Shown here one piece after another: positions 23,630 through 34,344 of a DNA stretch of 34,670 nucleotides. Location: positions 391,061 to 425,730 of the forward strand of contig NMRA01000009.1 of NCBI GenBank assembly GCA_002633005.1, given 5' to 3'. A program made the translations under genes and the position numbers. Each line of letters begins with the position of its first letter. Within the stretch, counting starts at the first letter, position 1. Below the pieces are notes generated by a model. That model did not search any database and was not told the origin of the DNA. It worked only from the letters and a program-made list of their open reading frames with translations. The stretch is from Phoronis australis. Taxonomy: Eukaryota > Animalia > Phoronida.

Positions 23630-24622
23630 CTTAAAATTAAAGTACACAAACTGTTTGTTACTTAACCTTAAGGTACACAAACTATTTGTTACTTAAACTT
23701 AAAGTACACAAACTGTTTGTTACTTAAACTTAAAGTACACAAACTGTTTGTTACTTAACCTTAAGGTACACAAACTATTTGTTACTTAACCTTAAGGTAC
23801 ACAAACTGTCTGTAACTTAACCTCAAGGTACAAAAACTGTTTGTTACTTAACCTTAAGGTACACAAACTGTTTGTTACTTAACCTTAAGGTACACAACTG
23901 TTATTTACCCTTAAGGTACACAAACTGTCTGTAACTTAACCTCAAGGTACAAAAACTGTCTGTTACTTAACCTTAAGGTACACAAACTGTTTGTTACTTA
24001 ACCTTAAGGTACACAAACTGTTATTTACCCTTAAGGTACACAAACTGTTTGTTACTTGCTCTTAAGGTACATAAACTGTTTGTTACTTAACCTTAAGGTA
24101 CACAAACTGTTACTTACCCTTAAGGTACACAAACTGTTTGTTACTTGCCCTTAAGGTACACAAACTATTTGTTACTTAACCTTAAGGTACACAAACTGTC
24201 TGTAACTTAACCTCAAGGTACAAAAACTGTTTGTTACTTAACCTTAAGGTATACAAACTGTTTGTTACTTAACCTTAAGGTACACAAACTGTTATTTACC
24301 CTTAAGGTACACAAACTGTCTGTAACTTAACCTCAAGGTACAAAAACTGTCTGTTACTTAACCTTAAGGTACACAAACTGTTTGTTACTTAACCTTAAGG
24401 TACACAAACTGTTATTTACCCTTAAGGTACACAAACCGTTTGTTACTTGCTCTTAAGGTACATAAACTGTTTGTTACTTAACCTTAAGGTACACAAACTG
24501 TTACTTACCCTTAAGGTACACAAACTGTTTGTTACTTGCCCTTAAGGTACACAAACTGTTTGTTACTTATCCTTAAGGTACACAAACTGTTTGTAACTTA
24601 ACCGTACGGTACACAAACTGTT
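23630..24622. repeat. 31-bp minisatellite (cttaaccttaaggtacacaaactgtttgtta), ~32 copies, with ~390-bp block duplication
   Basis: Directly visible. The variant pattern of 23761-24150 recurs in 24151-24541. Confidence 0.95.
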
Positions 24623-25913
24623 TAGCGGCTAAAAACAAAAATCGAATTAGAACTTTTACTTGATAAATTATTATTATTATTATTTTCAAAATTACATATT
24701 CAATTTTGGTTATTTTAAAACGTTTGCTTACATATTGAAAAAGCATCACGTAGCAATACGTTTAAAGGGAAATTTTGCCGCTGTTGAATTCTTAAGTCCG
24801 AAACATTACCACGCTTATCCGACCTTGAATTGTTGGCGAATGAGTCGGCAACTCAAGTTACGGGCTATCCGGCCTACACGACCCATTTTCGAATTCGCAA
24901 TTTTTGGGTTGTCCGACCTCAATAAATTCCGAAGCGTTTTCTCTAGTCTATAATAGTTTCATTGTTCTTGCAGGTAACATTAATAGAATCCTATCATGGC
25001 CAGGAATATCATGAGATCGGTTTTATGAGATTAAAAGGCCTTGTTCCATTTTGTTTTTTAGCCTGCACAACAGGCCGAAATGCAGCATTAAAAATTAACG
25101 TTGTTGACTGAAACCAACGATTCCTTACCTTCAATAAAGTACTGGAATAACATGGATAAGTCACATGCCAAAAATGGTACAATATACACTTTATAAATCA
25201 TAGTAATTTTTAAGGAAGTATTTTGATGATATTCGCGGAAGAAATTTGAAACCGCGCGTTTGTGTACAACCTGGCATATATGGCTTATGAAATTCGTTAA
25301 CTTGGTTGCAAAATTCAAATTGTTGAACTTTCATCTTAATATTCGTAATTTTCGACCAGTCCGTCTATTATTAAAACTACGTGGTTTGCCTGCAAATGCA
25401 CTAGCTGTGAAACGCGTAAGATATCGTAAAGCTTCTAATAAAAGCCTCTCTCCAATAGAAGCCAAGGTTTAAGTATGCTAAAATTAAAAAACGCCAGGTG
25501 AACTCCCTCTTAACGAAAGCGAAGTTTATCGTTTGCCATCGTACAATATCATGTGGTGACCGGTCATAGAATCGAAGTAAATAAACCCAGGGGGCTTCTA
25601 AGAAACGCTTCCCACTTATAGAGGCCGGATCTGGAGCACGTCTGAAAAAAAAAACTTCCCCGCCTACTATTAAAAGCTTTACAGTACGTCCCTTGCGAAG
25701 CTGCGGCGAAAGTTTCACTGTTTGATACCTTTTACTCTTGAGTCTGGAATTTCACTCTGTATTGTTACGAGCGAAATGCTATAATTTTGCAAGCCACCGA
25801 GAGAGCTCAATTAATTTCTCAAACCTGTGATGGTCTCACTGAGACTGTTAAACGCGCCTCCACACCTGCACTATATGTATGTTGGTCTCATTTGATCTGT
25901 TTCTTTCTTTCAG

Positions 25914-25933
25914 TTGAAGAATGTTTGTGGTGA
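25914..25933 (+). CDS. Candidate terminal coding exon 7 (VEECLW*)
   Basis: Strong acceptor tgtttctttctttcag|. Phase-1 join with exon 6 gives V-E-E-C-L-W-TGA. AATAAA 105 nt downstream. Confidence 0.55.
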
Positions 25934-26037
25934 TAAAACGGACGTAAAGTTCAATACTATCACCATCTCCTGTGGTTGGACTTCTTGCAAGAGAAACAGT
26001 TACAACAACTGATGATGTTCGTGTAATAACTCGTACC

Positions 26038-26043
26038 AATAAA
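26038..26043 (+). promoter_or_regulatory. Candidate polyadenylation signal of the discoidin gene
   Basis: AATAAA followed by GT/T-rich sequence, downstream of the candidate last exon. Confidence 0.4.
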
Positions 26044-26094
26044 CTGTGTTGCAGGATTTTGATTTTTTCTAACACATATCTTCACATCATTTTT

Positions 26095-26797
26095 TTCACT
26101 TTTTTATTTTTGCAGAAAAAACATATTTACAAAATTTATATACATAGCAAGTGTGCACACTTAGTTACAAATAACAACACTAAGTACCAAGTATAATAGA
26201 TAAAGAGATTCTAAATAAAATATGCAAGATTTTTCCACTTAGCTATGTGTCGCTCCAACTCAAACTTTGTTTACAAATCAAGTAATCAACTTTACAATAA
26301 TCTATGACATAAACCCGTAAGTTATCAAAAATAGGCACAGCTTCCTTAAATTTCTCCCTATATATAAACATTTTCGTTAAGCAAAATGTGATATCAAATA
26401 CAAACCATCTTCTGTTGCAAAAACCTAACAAAATCTCTTTTGCCGAAATATTTATATTGTTGTGAAAAATCTGCTTGAGCCAAAATAGTAATTTGTTCCA
26501 TAAAATTTTAACATATCTACACTCCCAGAACAAATGTACAATTGATTCTGGGACTTCTCTGCAAAATGAACATAGATTTGAGTTTAAAATACCAATTTTT
26601 TGAGAAAATGTTTTGTTCGAAGAATGTTATGTATAATTCTATAATTAAACCACCTCATTTTTGTATCAGTATACTTGCCAATAGTACTATTTGTGGAATC
26701 CCAATCCATACTTTCATTGGTCACGCTTAGGCTTAAATTCCATTTTATTTCTGAAGAAGGTTTGCAGTACAGATTTTTAACAAATAAATCATAAAAG
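26095..26797 (-). mobile_element. 5'-truncated L1/Tx1-clade LINE
   Basis: zf-RVT motif NLCSFCREVPESIVHLFWECRYVKILW; stop at 26243; AATAAA and A-rich tail on the minus strand; 16-bp TSD tcttcacatcattttt (26079-26094, 26798-26813). Confidence 0.9.
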
Positions 26798-27973
26798 TCT
26801 TCACATCATTTTTAATGTGAATGCTCAGTCACACAGATTCATCGATCCGTTCAATCATTAAGTGCTTGTTTGAATTGCACCAAAGCAAACCACTCTGACA
26901 AATAAAGACAACATAGAACGTGTAGAATTTGCCATCAATGTTTGCGGAAAATATCCAATTTCAAAAATTAACTTTTTCTATGTTAAGTGAAATAACCGGT
27001 TTTCGAACCGAAAAACGCAAATTGATCGTTCTTTTGTCTGCAGTAGACTGGCTTCGACCAGCCTGAGAACCATAAAACTGCAAGTTCCGTTGTATCATTG
27101 TATTTTAATAGAAAGCCCCTGAAGAGTCCACTCTCTCCCAAAAAATTGACGTTTTATTCAGAGCACTAAAAGTGTTCTCTACATGTTCATTACTCAGATT
27201 AGACTAAGAGTCAGAATGTCCTTCAACATCAGAAGAGCTTCTGAAAGCCATCATACAGTGGAAATTATTTGTTTACAAATCTGAGAACCGTGTTGCAGGT
27301 AATGGTTCGGACCATGTCGTCATCGGTGACTTGCAAAGGTCTTTCAGCAAGAGATAGTTAAAAGTTACCCAGGGTCAAGATTGCCTAGCAAGCCATGTCA
27401 TTCTGAGATCACAAACTGGAAAAGGCTCGTAAAAGAGACTTTTGAATTTTATATAAATATATGGACATGGTAAAGAAAGTCAAGTCTGTACTCACGACTA
27501 AAATGAACAGTGTTCACATAGGCCTATAAAAGCTGGCACTTCGTGTCACAGTTTTGGACGTCCCAGGCCGGGGCGCCAATGGCTTTCGAGGTATACTTTT
27601 TTAAAAATACATAAGATTCTTGCCGTAAAAATTGTAAGCTTGAATACTTAATTGGTAATCCATACGAACTCGGATATGGCGGCATCATGCGTAAATCTGA
27701 GCCCGGTCCGGCAACTGATGACGCTGGCCCCAGGCAACTGCATGACTGGCCAGGTGGATCCAATATGTGAAATGTGTGTGTGTGGACAAAGGAGTAGATC
27801 CTATGCAAACCCATATGTTTCGAAGGAAATCTGTAGCGACAAAGCGAGTCACGGCATTCAGTTCCCAACTAGGTCACTTCTGAGTGTCACCGGCAAGGCT
27901 CCGACGGCTCACCGACGCCACACGGTCCGCCGGGAGTGCGCGTAGGCCTGCGCAGCCAAATCACCCTCTTGCT

Positions 27974-28122
27974 CATGGGCGGCGCTGGGGGGAGGGGGGA
28001 GGGCTACAGTCCCACTTTTTTCATTGCTACGCCTCACATGATGGTCTATAGGCGGTGCACCACAAGGGGGCAGAAGGGGCTTTCATGAGCCCACCCCCCC
28101 ACTCAATGCTTCGCCGCCCATG
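27974..28122. mobile_element. 149-bp hAT-like MITE with 5-bp TSD
   Basis: TIR catgggcggcg / cgccgcccatg. ttgct on both flanks (27969-27973, 28123-28127). Confidence 0.8.
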
Positions 28123-28725
28123 TTGCTACGTTTTTATACCGACATCTTAAACGGCATGTAACTCTCAATTTTCTCACTCGGTCGTCTTTTTGAAAATTCT
28201 TTTTCATATGTTGTTATCTTTCCCTCATTCCGGCGCTCTTCATAAATATTAATTAATCGGGCCTACGGCCTAGTGACCGGCAAAGACCGCAGAACTTCAG
28301 TTGCGTGGCACCTATACGCGGCTGTAAAACAAACTTCGGGTTTCCAGGAAGACGAAAAACGCCATTAGAAACATAGTCTGGTTCTCATATTTAAGAATTT
28401 TTTATCAACATTTTAGAACAATCACTATATGTACCGGTATACTTGGTCTTTGCCGGCAGGGTATTCACCGAATAGCTATCACGCGGCTGGAAAAATCTAA
28501 TGGCCCTGTCACACCTTGACGATTTAGCCAGCGTATGCCGACATATCAGAATTTCCCTAAAACGCTGGCATACGCTGAATTATCGAATTTTTTTTCAATT
28601 TTGGGCGTATACATAGCGTATTCATAACGAGTTGGACGTATACATAACGTATCAGTAAATTATATAGAACGTTTCGATAACTTATAGATAACTTATTCCA
28701 ACGAATGCCTAGCGTGTTGCCGGCN

Positions 28726-30347
28726 AAACGCGCGGGGATTTCTTGTGCGCGCTTCCGTCGACACTTCTGAAGTAGCCAAGCATTTTAGATGGATTCACCG
28801 CTGAAAGAGCAGTTCTATAGCTGATTTATTTAGGTAACTAGCTTCTTTACTCTAAGATATGTTTTGATTTGATTAGGGGAAATACTGCGGTGCCGCAACC
28901 CTGATATTCAGGCGAATTGACGTGCAACGTTTTTACCTCATCTGTCATGCCGTGTCATTCTATTACACTCCACACGTTTGTAACTGATGTATAGTAAAGT
29001 TGTCTTGCGCAATCATACAGTGTACATGTACATGTAATATTGTGTACATGTACATGTAATATTTTTGAAAAAAAAATCTTTTTCCGAAGAATTGCTATTG
29101 TGGCGGGCGCCGTGCTCTGGTCGCGAGTCCGTTTGAAGACACACTCTATAACAAGTTATGTCTATACAAGGAATGACCAAGGGGGCACCTACATTGAGAA
29201 AGTGACCGCATTCGTGAAAAGTGTACAGTACCAGAAATTTGCTGGGAGGCTGTTCTTTCACAACAAAGTCTTGCAGGACTCGTGCGATGTTCAATAGGCC
29301 TCCTAAGGAGCCCTATTTCCGACCTCAACACCTACCGTCTGTCTACCTGCAATAAGCACACTGCCGTCTTCTATACTGGGAATTTCCGCAGAAAGGCTCA
29401 CCCGATGAAACGCTCATGCCCATGTGCATTTATTTGATGTTAGTACTTCGGGTTTCAAGTGTTCGGACATTGGGACGTTTATTTCGAAAATTGCAAGAGA
29501 TGCAAATAGATCCTGGGATGCTTCGTCAAGGTTTGAAGTAGTCTATGATGAACGGATCAAATTTAGTAGCGCATGCAAGTCTTTCGAATGGACTTGGCAA
29601 CCTCAAGGGTCTTAGTGTCAACTGAGCTGCGAAACGAGATGCTGACATTGTAGAAGCTTACAAGCTCATTGACACAGCAGTTGACGAAGTGCAAACGTTG
29701 AGAACAAACATCGAAGATACAGTGTATCTGGGTAGAATGGTTCCAAGACGAGCAAATCATTGGATCCGATATACAAATTCCTCGGCAGTTTTTCTCGTAG
29801 CGAGACAGAACACATGTTTATTTCCGGACTAACAGTAAGAGGTCTTCGTTCTTAAACAACTTGAGGCTACTGTTACGCGATCATCTGATATTCAAGTTTT
29901 TACGCCCCGTCGGTGCTCCTTAATTAGCTCTTGAATATTTGGAAATTGTCTAAACCTCTGTATACACACCACACTTTTTCGTATACGCCTTTTCGTATGC
30001 TAAAGAAGGTGTGTGTAAGCAGATGTTCCAACAAAAATTTTTGCTGGTGGCGTGACTCATACCCAGATGTGCACAATGGTTTCACGAAACTTTTGTGCCA
30101 AGTTCATGTGACGAAATCGAGAAGAGTTTTTAATTATCTTAAGAAAAACTCCAGAGACATGTTAAGTGCCAGAAACTTACCAGGATGCATGGAAATTTCA
30201 CTATTTGGCTACAAAAACAAAAGAAATATCTTACACGGGAGAGGAAACCCCCCTCCCGACCTCCCCCCGCTCGGCGCCACGCGCCTACGATTCGACCTTG
30301 GCGGGAATTCTAAACCCCCCCTTGCTGAAAACGTAGATCCGCCACTG
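28726..30347 (+). mobile_element. Decayed hAT transposon (THAP12/ZMYM-like transposase remnant) nested in the Harbinger
   Basis: From 29584: SNGLGNLKGLSVN*AAKRDADIVEAYKLIDTAVDEVQTLRTNIEDT, then WVEWFQ..IQIPRQ and YFRTN..FLNNL; upstream TR* replaces TRW. Right terminus tagatccgccactg ends at 30347. Left end not seen (N at 28725). Confidence 0.65.
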
Positions 30348-30415
30348 TGCCCAACGATAGTCTAACTTATGTATAGCGTGCAGCAGCGTATTGCCGACGA
30401 TCACGTGCCGTAGTC

Positions 30416-30423
30416 TATAAAAA
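30416..30423 (+). promoter_or_regulatory. TATA box of the MADF ORF
   Basis: TATAAAAA 70 nt before ATG 30486, with Inr-like TCATA ~30 nt downstream. Confidence 0.55.
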
Positions 30424-30485
30424 GGCTGCCGCTCGACGTTTCAAATCATAACTGCACTAGACATTGCAGTACCAACATCAGCGTC

Positions 30486-30953
30486 ATGCCAAAGAAAAGT
30501 GCGAGGAACGCTGCCAAGAAATCTCCTGGCCGTGGCCGTGGGCGTGGAAGTGAACGGAAGGAGGATCCATCATCACCTACACCCTCACCCTCACGCTCAC
30601 TCTCTGATGGAGATGATGCTTGTTCTAACGCCTCTCGGGCATCGTCAGTGGCGTCGGTAGCTGCGTCCCAGGCCTCCACCTCCTCTCACTCAACCCTTGC
30701 CAAGAAGAGGAGGGCCAAGAAGACACAGTTTTGTCTTGATGTCCAAGAGGAGCAGTTCATGTGTGATTTCCTTCGTGAGAACGCCATCCTCTGGGACATC
30801 AAGAAGACTGACTACCGGAGGGTGGACAAGAAGGCAAAGCTCTGGGAAGATCAAGCCAAGGCCATGGGGAAGACTGTCGAGCACCTTCAAGGGTGGTTCA
30901 AGTCCTTCCGAGACACTCACACCTCATCCAAATATTCGTCAATAATGGCTTGA
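30486..30953 (+). CDS. Harbinger Myb/SANT-like (MADF) DNA-binding protein, C-terminally truncated
   Basis: Basic/Ser-rich N-terminus and KKRRAKK NLS-like run. EEQFMCDFLRENAILWD..DY..K.KLWEDQA...LQGWFKSFRD has the three MADF tryptophans. The last ~9 residues come from antisense transposase DNA. Confidence 0.85.
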   Translation: MPKKSARNAAKKSPGRGRGRGSERKEDPSSPTPSPSRSLSDGDDACSNASRASSVASVAASQASTSSHSTLAKKRRAKKTQFCLDVQEEQFMCDFLRENAILWDIKKTDYRRVDKKAKLWEDQAKAMGKTVEHLQGWFKSFRDTHTSSKYSSIMA

Positions 30954-31393
30954 CAGACTTCTCTGACCACTAGGGACTGGGTGTTGTGAGGAACCCTCCA
31001 TCCGAACTTCATCGAGGCATACTTGTTCCCAGAGGCAAGGTGACGCAATGTCAGGGCCAGCTTCATGCCCGGTCCAAGCGGATCCCTGAAGAAGGTGTGC
31101 TGCTTGATTATCCTTGGACCCACTCTGGCTAGCAGCTCGTCGAACATCGCTGGGGGCATACGCAGGAAATTAGTGAAGGATGTATGGTCCTCCTTATGGA
31201 GTTCCACCATAAGCTGGTCATATATGCCAAACTGACGTCGCCTCCTGATCCATGGTCTCACCCAGTTCTTTCTCCTCCGTTCACCTCTTCTTCTCCTGGC
31301 ACGCAACTGGTAAAGTGTCAAATCGATGAGGTCATTTTGATGTTGGAGAACAGCTAGTAGGTATTCTCGTCTCAGCCTTGCCGGATCCTCCAT
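30917..31393 (-). CDS. Harbinger (HARBI1-like) transposase N-terminal part, lacking the DDE domain
   Basis: WVRPWI.RR...G.YDQLM.EL...D..SF.NFLRM....FDELL and KLALTLRHLASG...VVREVCQAII helix-turn-helix region. Ends at the deletion junction. Confidence 0.9.
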   Translation of the reverse strand: MEDPARLRREYLLAVLQHQNDLIDLTLYQLRARRRRGERRRKNWVRPWIRRRRQFGIYDQLMVELHKEDHTSFTNFLRMPPAMFDELLARVGPRIIKQHTFFRDPLGPGMKLALTLRHLASGNKYASMKFGWRVPHNTQSLVVREVCQAIIDEYLDEV

Positions 31394-31466
31394 CTCTCGG
31401 ATGATATGAACATCTGCTCACCATGAAATCTAGAGGAGTACTGACGGGTTCCTCCTGTGAACCCCA

Positions 31467-31474
31467 TTTTTATA
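31467..31474 (-). promoter_or_regulatory. TATA box of the Harbinger transposase ORF
   Basis: TATAAAAA on the minus strand ~75-80 nt upstream of ATG 31393. Confidence 0.5.
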
Positions 31475-32117
31475 TCCCAATTCCCCTAAACGCTACCGAT
31501 ACGCCATTATACGGCAACTGTACGTTAGAAACACGTTCAGTAAGTTCTGTGGTCGTCCGGAACATGTTAAATACGTCTACATACGTCAATATGCGTAGGA
31601 GATAAGTTCGATATAAGATATACATACGTTCAAAGCACGTTACTCATAAGTTTTGGGTACGCTAGACATTATCTCGACGTATTTGGACTTATGAGTAACC
31701 TACACTTAACGTGTTTGAACGTGTGTCAACGATCGCATAACTTACCTATTACTTATGGCCTGCGTATACGGGACGTATAGCCATACGCTGACATACGTTG
31801 AGAAATTTTGAGCATGCACAAAATTTTTCGACGACCTCGACGTACCTCGACGTATACCAACGTGCTTCAGCGTGCTGTTAACGTATAGAAAACTTACCCA
31901 TAACTTATTCGACGTACGCCAGCGTATTTGCCAAAATTTTCATACGTCGGCATACGCTGGCTAAATCGTCAAGGTGTGACAGGGCCTTAACCAAAATCAC
32001 TTGTCCTCATTTGAAACCCCTCACTATCTCACATAATCTCGCGAAGTTTTGATTTTCAGCGTCATGTACGTCCTAACCTCCTTGCGTTACCGTGAAATCT
32101 ACCCTCGGACCTCACTC

Positions 32118-32475
32118 GACTCTCGGGTTCCATGCGTGGCGCTATGGTCAGTAGCCAGGGTGCCGGCTAGGCACGTAAGGAACCAGCGAGCCCTCGGACT
32201 CACCCGCTCATGTTGCGGCAGACTGACACAAGCACGTCGCAAACTCAGTCTTTGGCAATAGCTCGCTGGTTCCCTGCGTGTATGCTAGGGGGAAGAGAAC
32301 ACGCATGTATTATTTAATTTTCCTCGGGGAATTTTTTACACCGGCGTTACAGATTGGCTGGTCGAATTCTCGGTCAGCAGGTAGTGCTTTGTGTGTCTCA
32401 CTGGTTCCCGCGTGTGCCTGCGCTAGGTGGTCACTAGCCAGCGTGCTGACGAAGCACACTAGGGATCCAGCGAGT
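32118..32475. repeat. Cluster of miniature hairpin elements of the 19422 family
   Basis: ctcgctggttccctgcgtg-like arms at ~32120, ~32262, ~32397. ggaaccagcgag-like arms at ~32180 and ~32463. Confidence 0.65.
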
Positions 32476-34344
32476 ACGGTGTTTTCTCTATTAATTCGTA
32501 TAGCCTATTAGTTCGCACAGGACCCTTGAAACATGCCGTTTGTCTCCAACAGTTCGTACAGTAGGCGTCCGAGGGAAAAATAATTCGTACACATATTTGC
32601 GTAGGAAAAAATAATTCGTACAAGCTTTTTGGATCGGTAAAATGGAAATTTTCATTCTCATAAAAGAACACAAATCAATAAGCACCAATTCTTTTCAGGC
32701 GATCGGAATCCGTTATTTGTTTTACTAAACTAGCATAGAGCTCGAGAAGTCGTTTTTCTGGTCACCACTGGCGACAGAAAATTTGGAAATGGCGATAAGA
32801 TTTTCCAGTGTGTCGTAAAATTGTCATAACAGCGGATTTTCCCAACAACGTTTTGCTACCCTCAGATTAGCACTACACGAATAAATATACAAAAGCGCGG
32901 AGTAAGAGTAACGTGCCGTCCCGTAGTCTTGTTAGAGCTGATTCCGGTGACTGTAGTGCTCAAACGCAAATGACTATACAGTGCTCCAGGTTGATTGCAA
33001 CTATTCTCACGTGGCGAAGTGCGCGCGTGCAATCTTCACACGTGTTGCAGAGGTACATAATGAGGATTAAATTTATGGCCACAGTGGTCCCGTGACATGA
33101 GTAGAACTATGTGCGCATTAGCTGTAAATTTCTGAGATCAGAGTTGAGTTGTTTGACGAAACAAATGTTTGAAAAAATAATTCAGGTGTTTTTATGGTTC
33201 GGAATGTTTATGTTCTAGACTCTGCAACCCAATGAATTGTCAACGTAAGGTTTAGTTCGGCTGTCTTATCTCGAACGCCCGACACGGTTAACTTCACTTG
33301 CCATTGCGTGAAACACGCTACGTAATGAAGATGGGAATCGGAGGTAAGCGGACATGAGCCAGTCGTCAATCAAAAGTTACTGCAAGGGCATTACTAAACG
33401 GTAAGTATTTGCTTAATATTTTATGACTTTTACTCGGGATGAGTCTAAAGAACCCGTACAGTGGGGGTCCTAGGGAAAAACACTTCATACAGTAGGTGGT
33501 CGAGCGAAAAATAGTTCGTACACGTATCTTTGTCGGTAAAAATAACTTGTAAACAAATCGCCAATTATTCGGGTAATCAGTAGCCGCAGTAAGTTAGTGA
33601 CTAGCTCAAACCAGCAATGAGCACTCAGCCAATACGCGCTAGTTTGGTGTCGGTTGTAATCAACTCGGCGCTAGACATTCGCGACCTGAAATTTGGAAAT
33701 GCGAGCCAAGACTGGTCGTTTCGTATCGAGTCGCGACATGCAACCTGGAAATTCCCTAGAACGCGAGCCCTAGACTAGCTTTTAGCGGCAAGCAGATACC
33801 TGGCACTTGTGCAAATCCGGTCGTTATTTGGTGTCCAAATCAAGTTGAACATTAGGCCCTCTTCATCGAGTTGTAAACGTGTTGCGTGAACATGGGATAA
33901 CGTCTTTGGAAAATTCAAAACTGATCTTTGACACATTTCATTGGCTGGTGTTTTTGGCTACTTTTGCAAATTTTCGGATGAGCCGACAAAAACTTCGGAC
34001 CACGGCATAAATATGTGATAAGTTAAAAACGTCACAGGGATGTATCATTCACTAGTGACCAACTCACCGAATTTGTGACGAAAAAAACATTTTATTTCTC
34101 ATGCAAGCTGTCCTGATTAGCCTATTACAGTATCCCCAACAATATCATCTCACTGCGGCACTGCGGCATGGTCGATCCCGCTGTTTGCGCGCAATGTCAC
34201 GACAGACCATGACTTGGAAATGCGTCTCTTTTTTATGGCAAGACACCAAATTCTCCAGCCCTACTATACTTTCTGCGGTTGAGCACGTGCGTATAGTATG
34301 AGTCACCTGTCACTCACATATGCCTTTGCTGTCAGTGTAATTAA

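Larger units (their letters stand above)
28501..31987. mobile_element. PIF/Harbinger DNA transposon, internal-deletion derivative
   Basis: ~42-bp near-perfect TIR ggccctgtcacaccttgacgatttagccagcgtatgccgac (imperfect to ~80 bp). TAA on both flanks. Convergent MADF and transposase ORFs. Contains an N at 28725. Confidence 0.9.

Noticed and set aside
23630-24622. CRISPR-like array of ~31-bp repeats
   Set aside because: Units are head-to-tail with no unique spacers, there are no cas genes, and the context is eukaryotic. It is a minisatellite. The same applies to 11076-11333.
27652-27945. Cys-containing 97-aa ORF in a GC-richer patch
   Set aside because: No recognisable domain or convincing splice partners; left unannotated.
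30917-31393. Domesticated host HARBI1/NAIF1-like gene pair
   Set aside because: The ORFs lie between intact TIRs with TAA flanks and are truncated at a shared junction.
351-34301. Most remaining 60-150 aa ORFs in the supplied track
   Set aside because: They are antisense or off-frame shadows of TE sequence or chance ORFs, many with non-ATG starts. No tRNA, rRNA or snRNA gene was recognised in the window.
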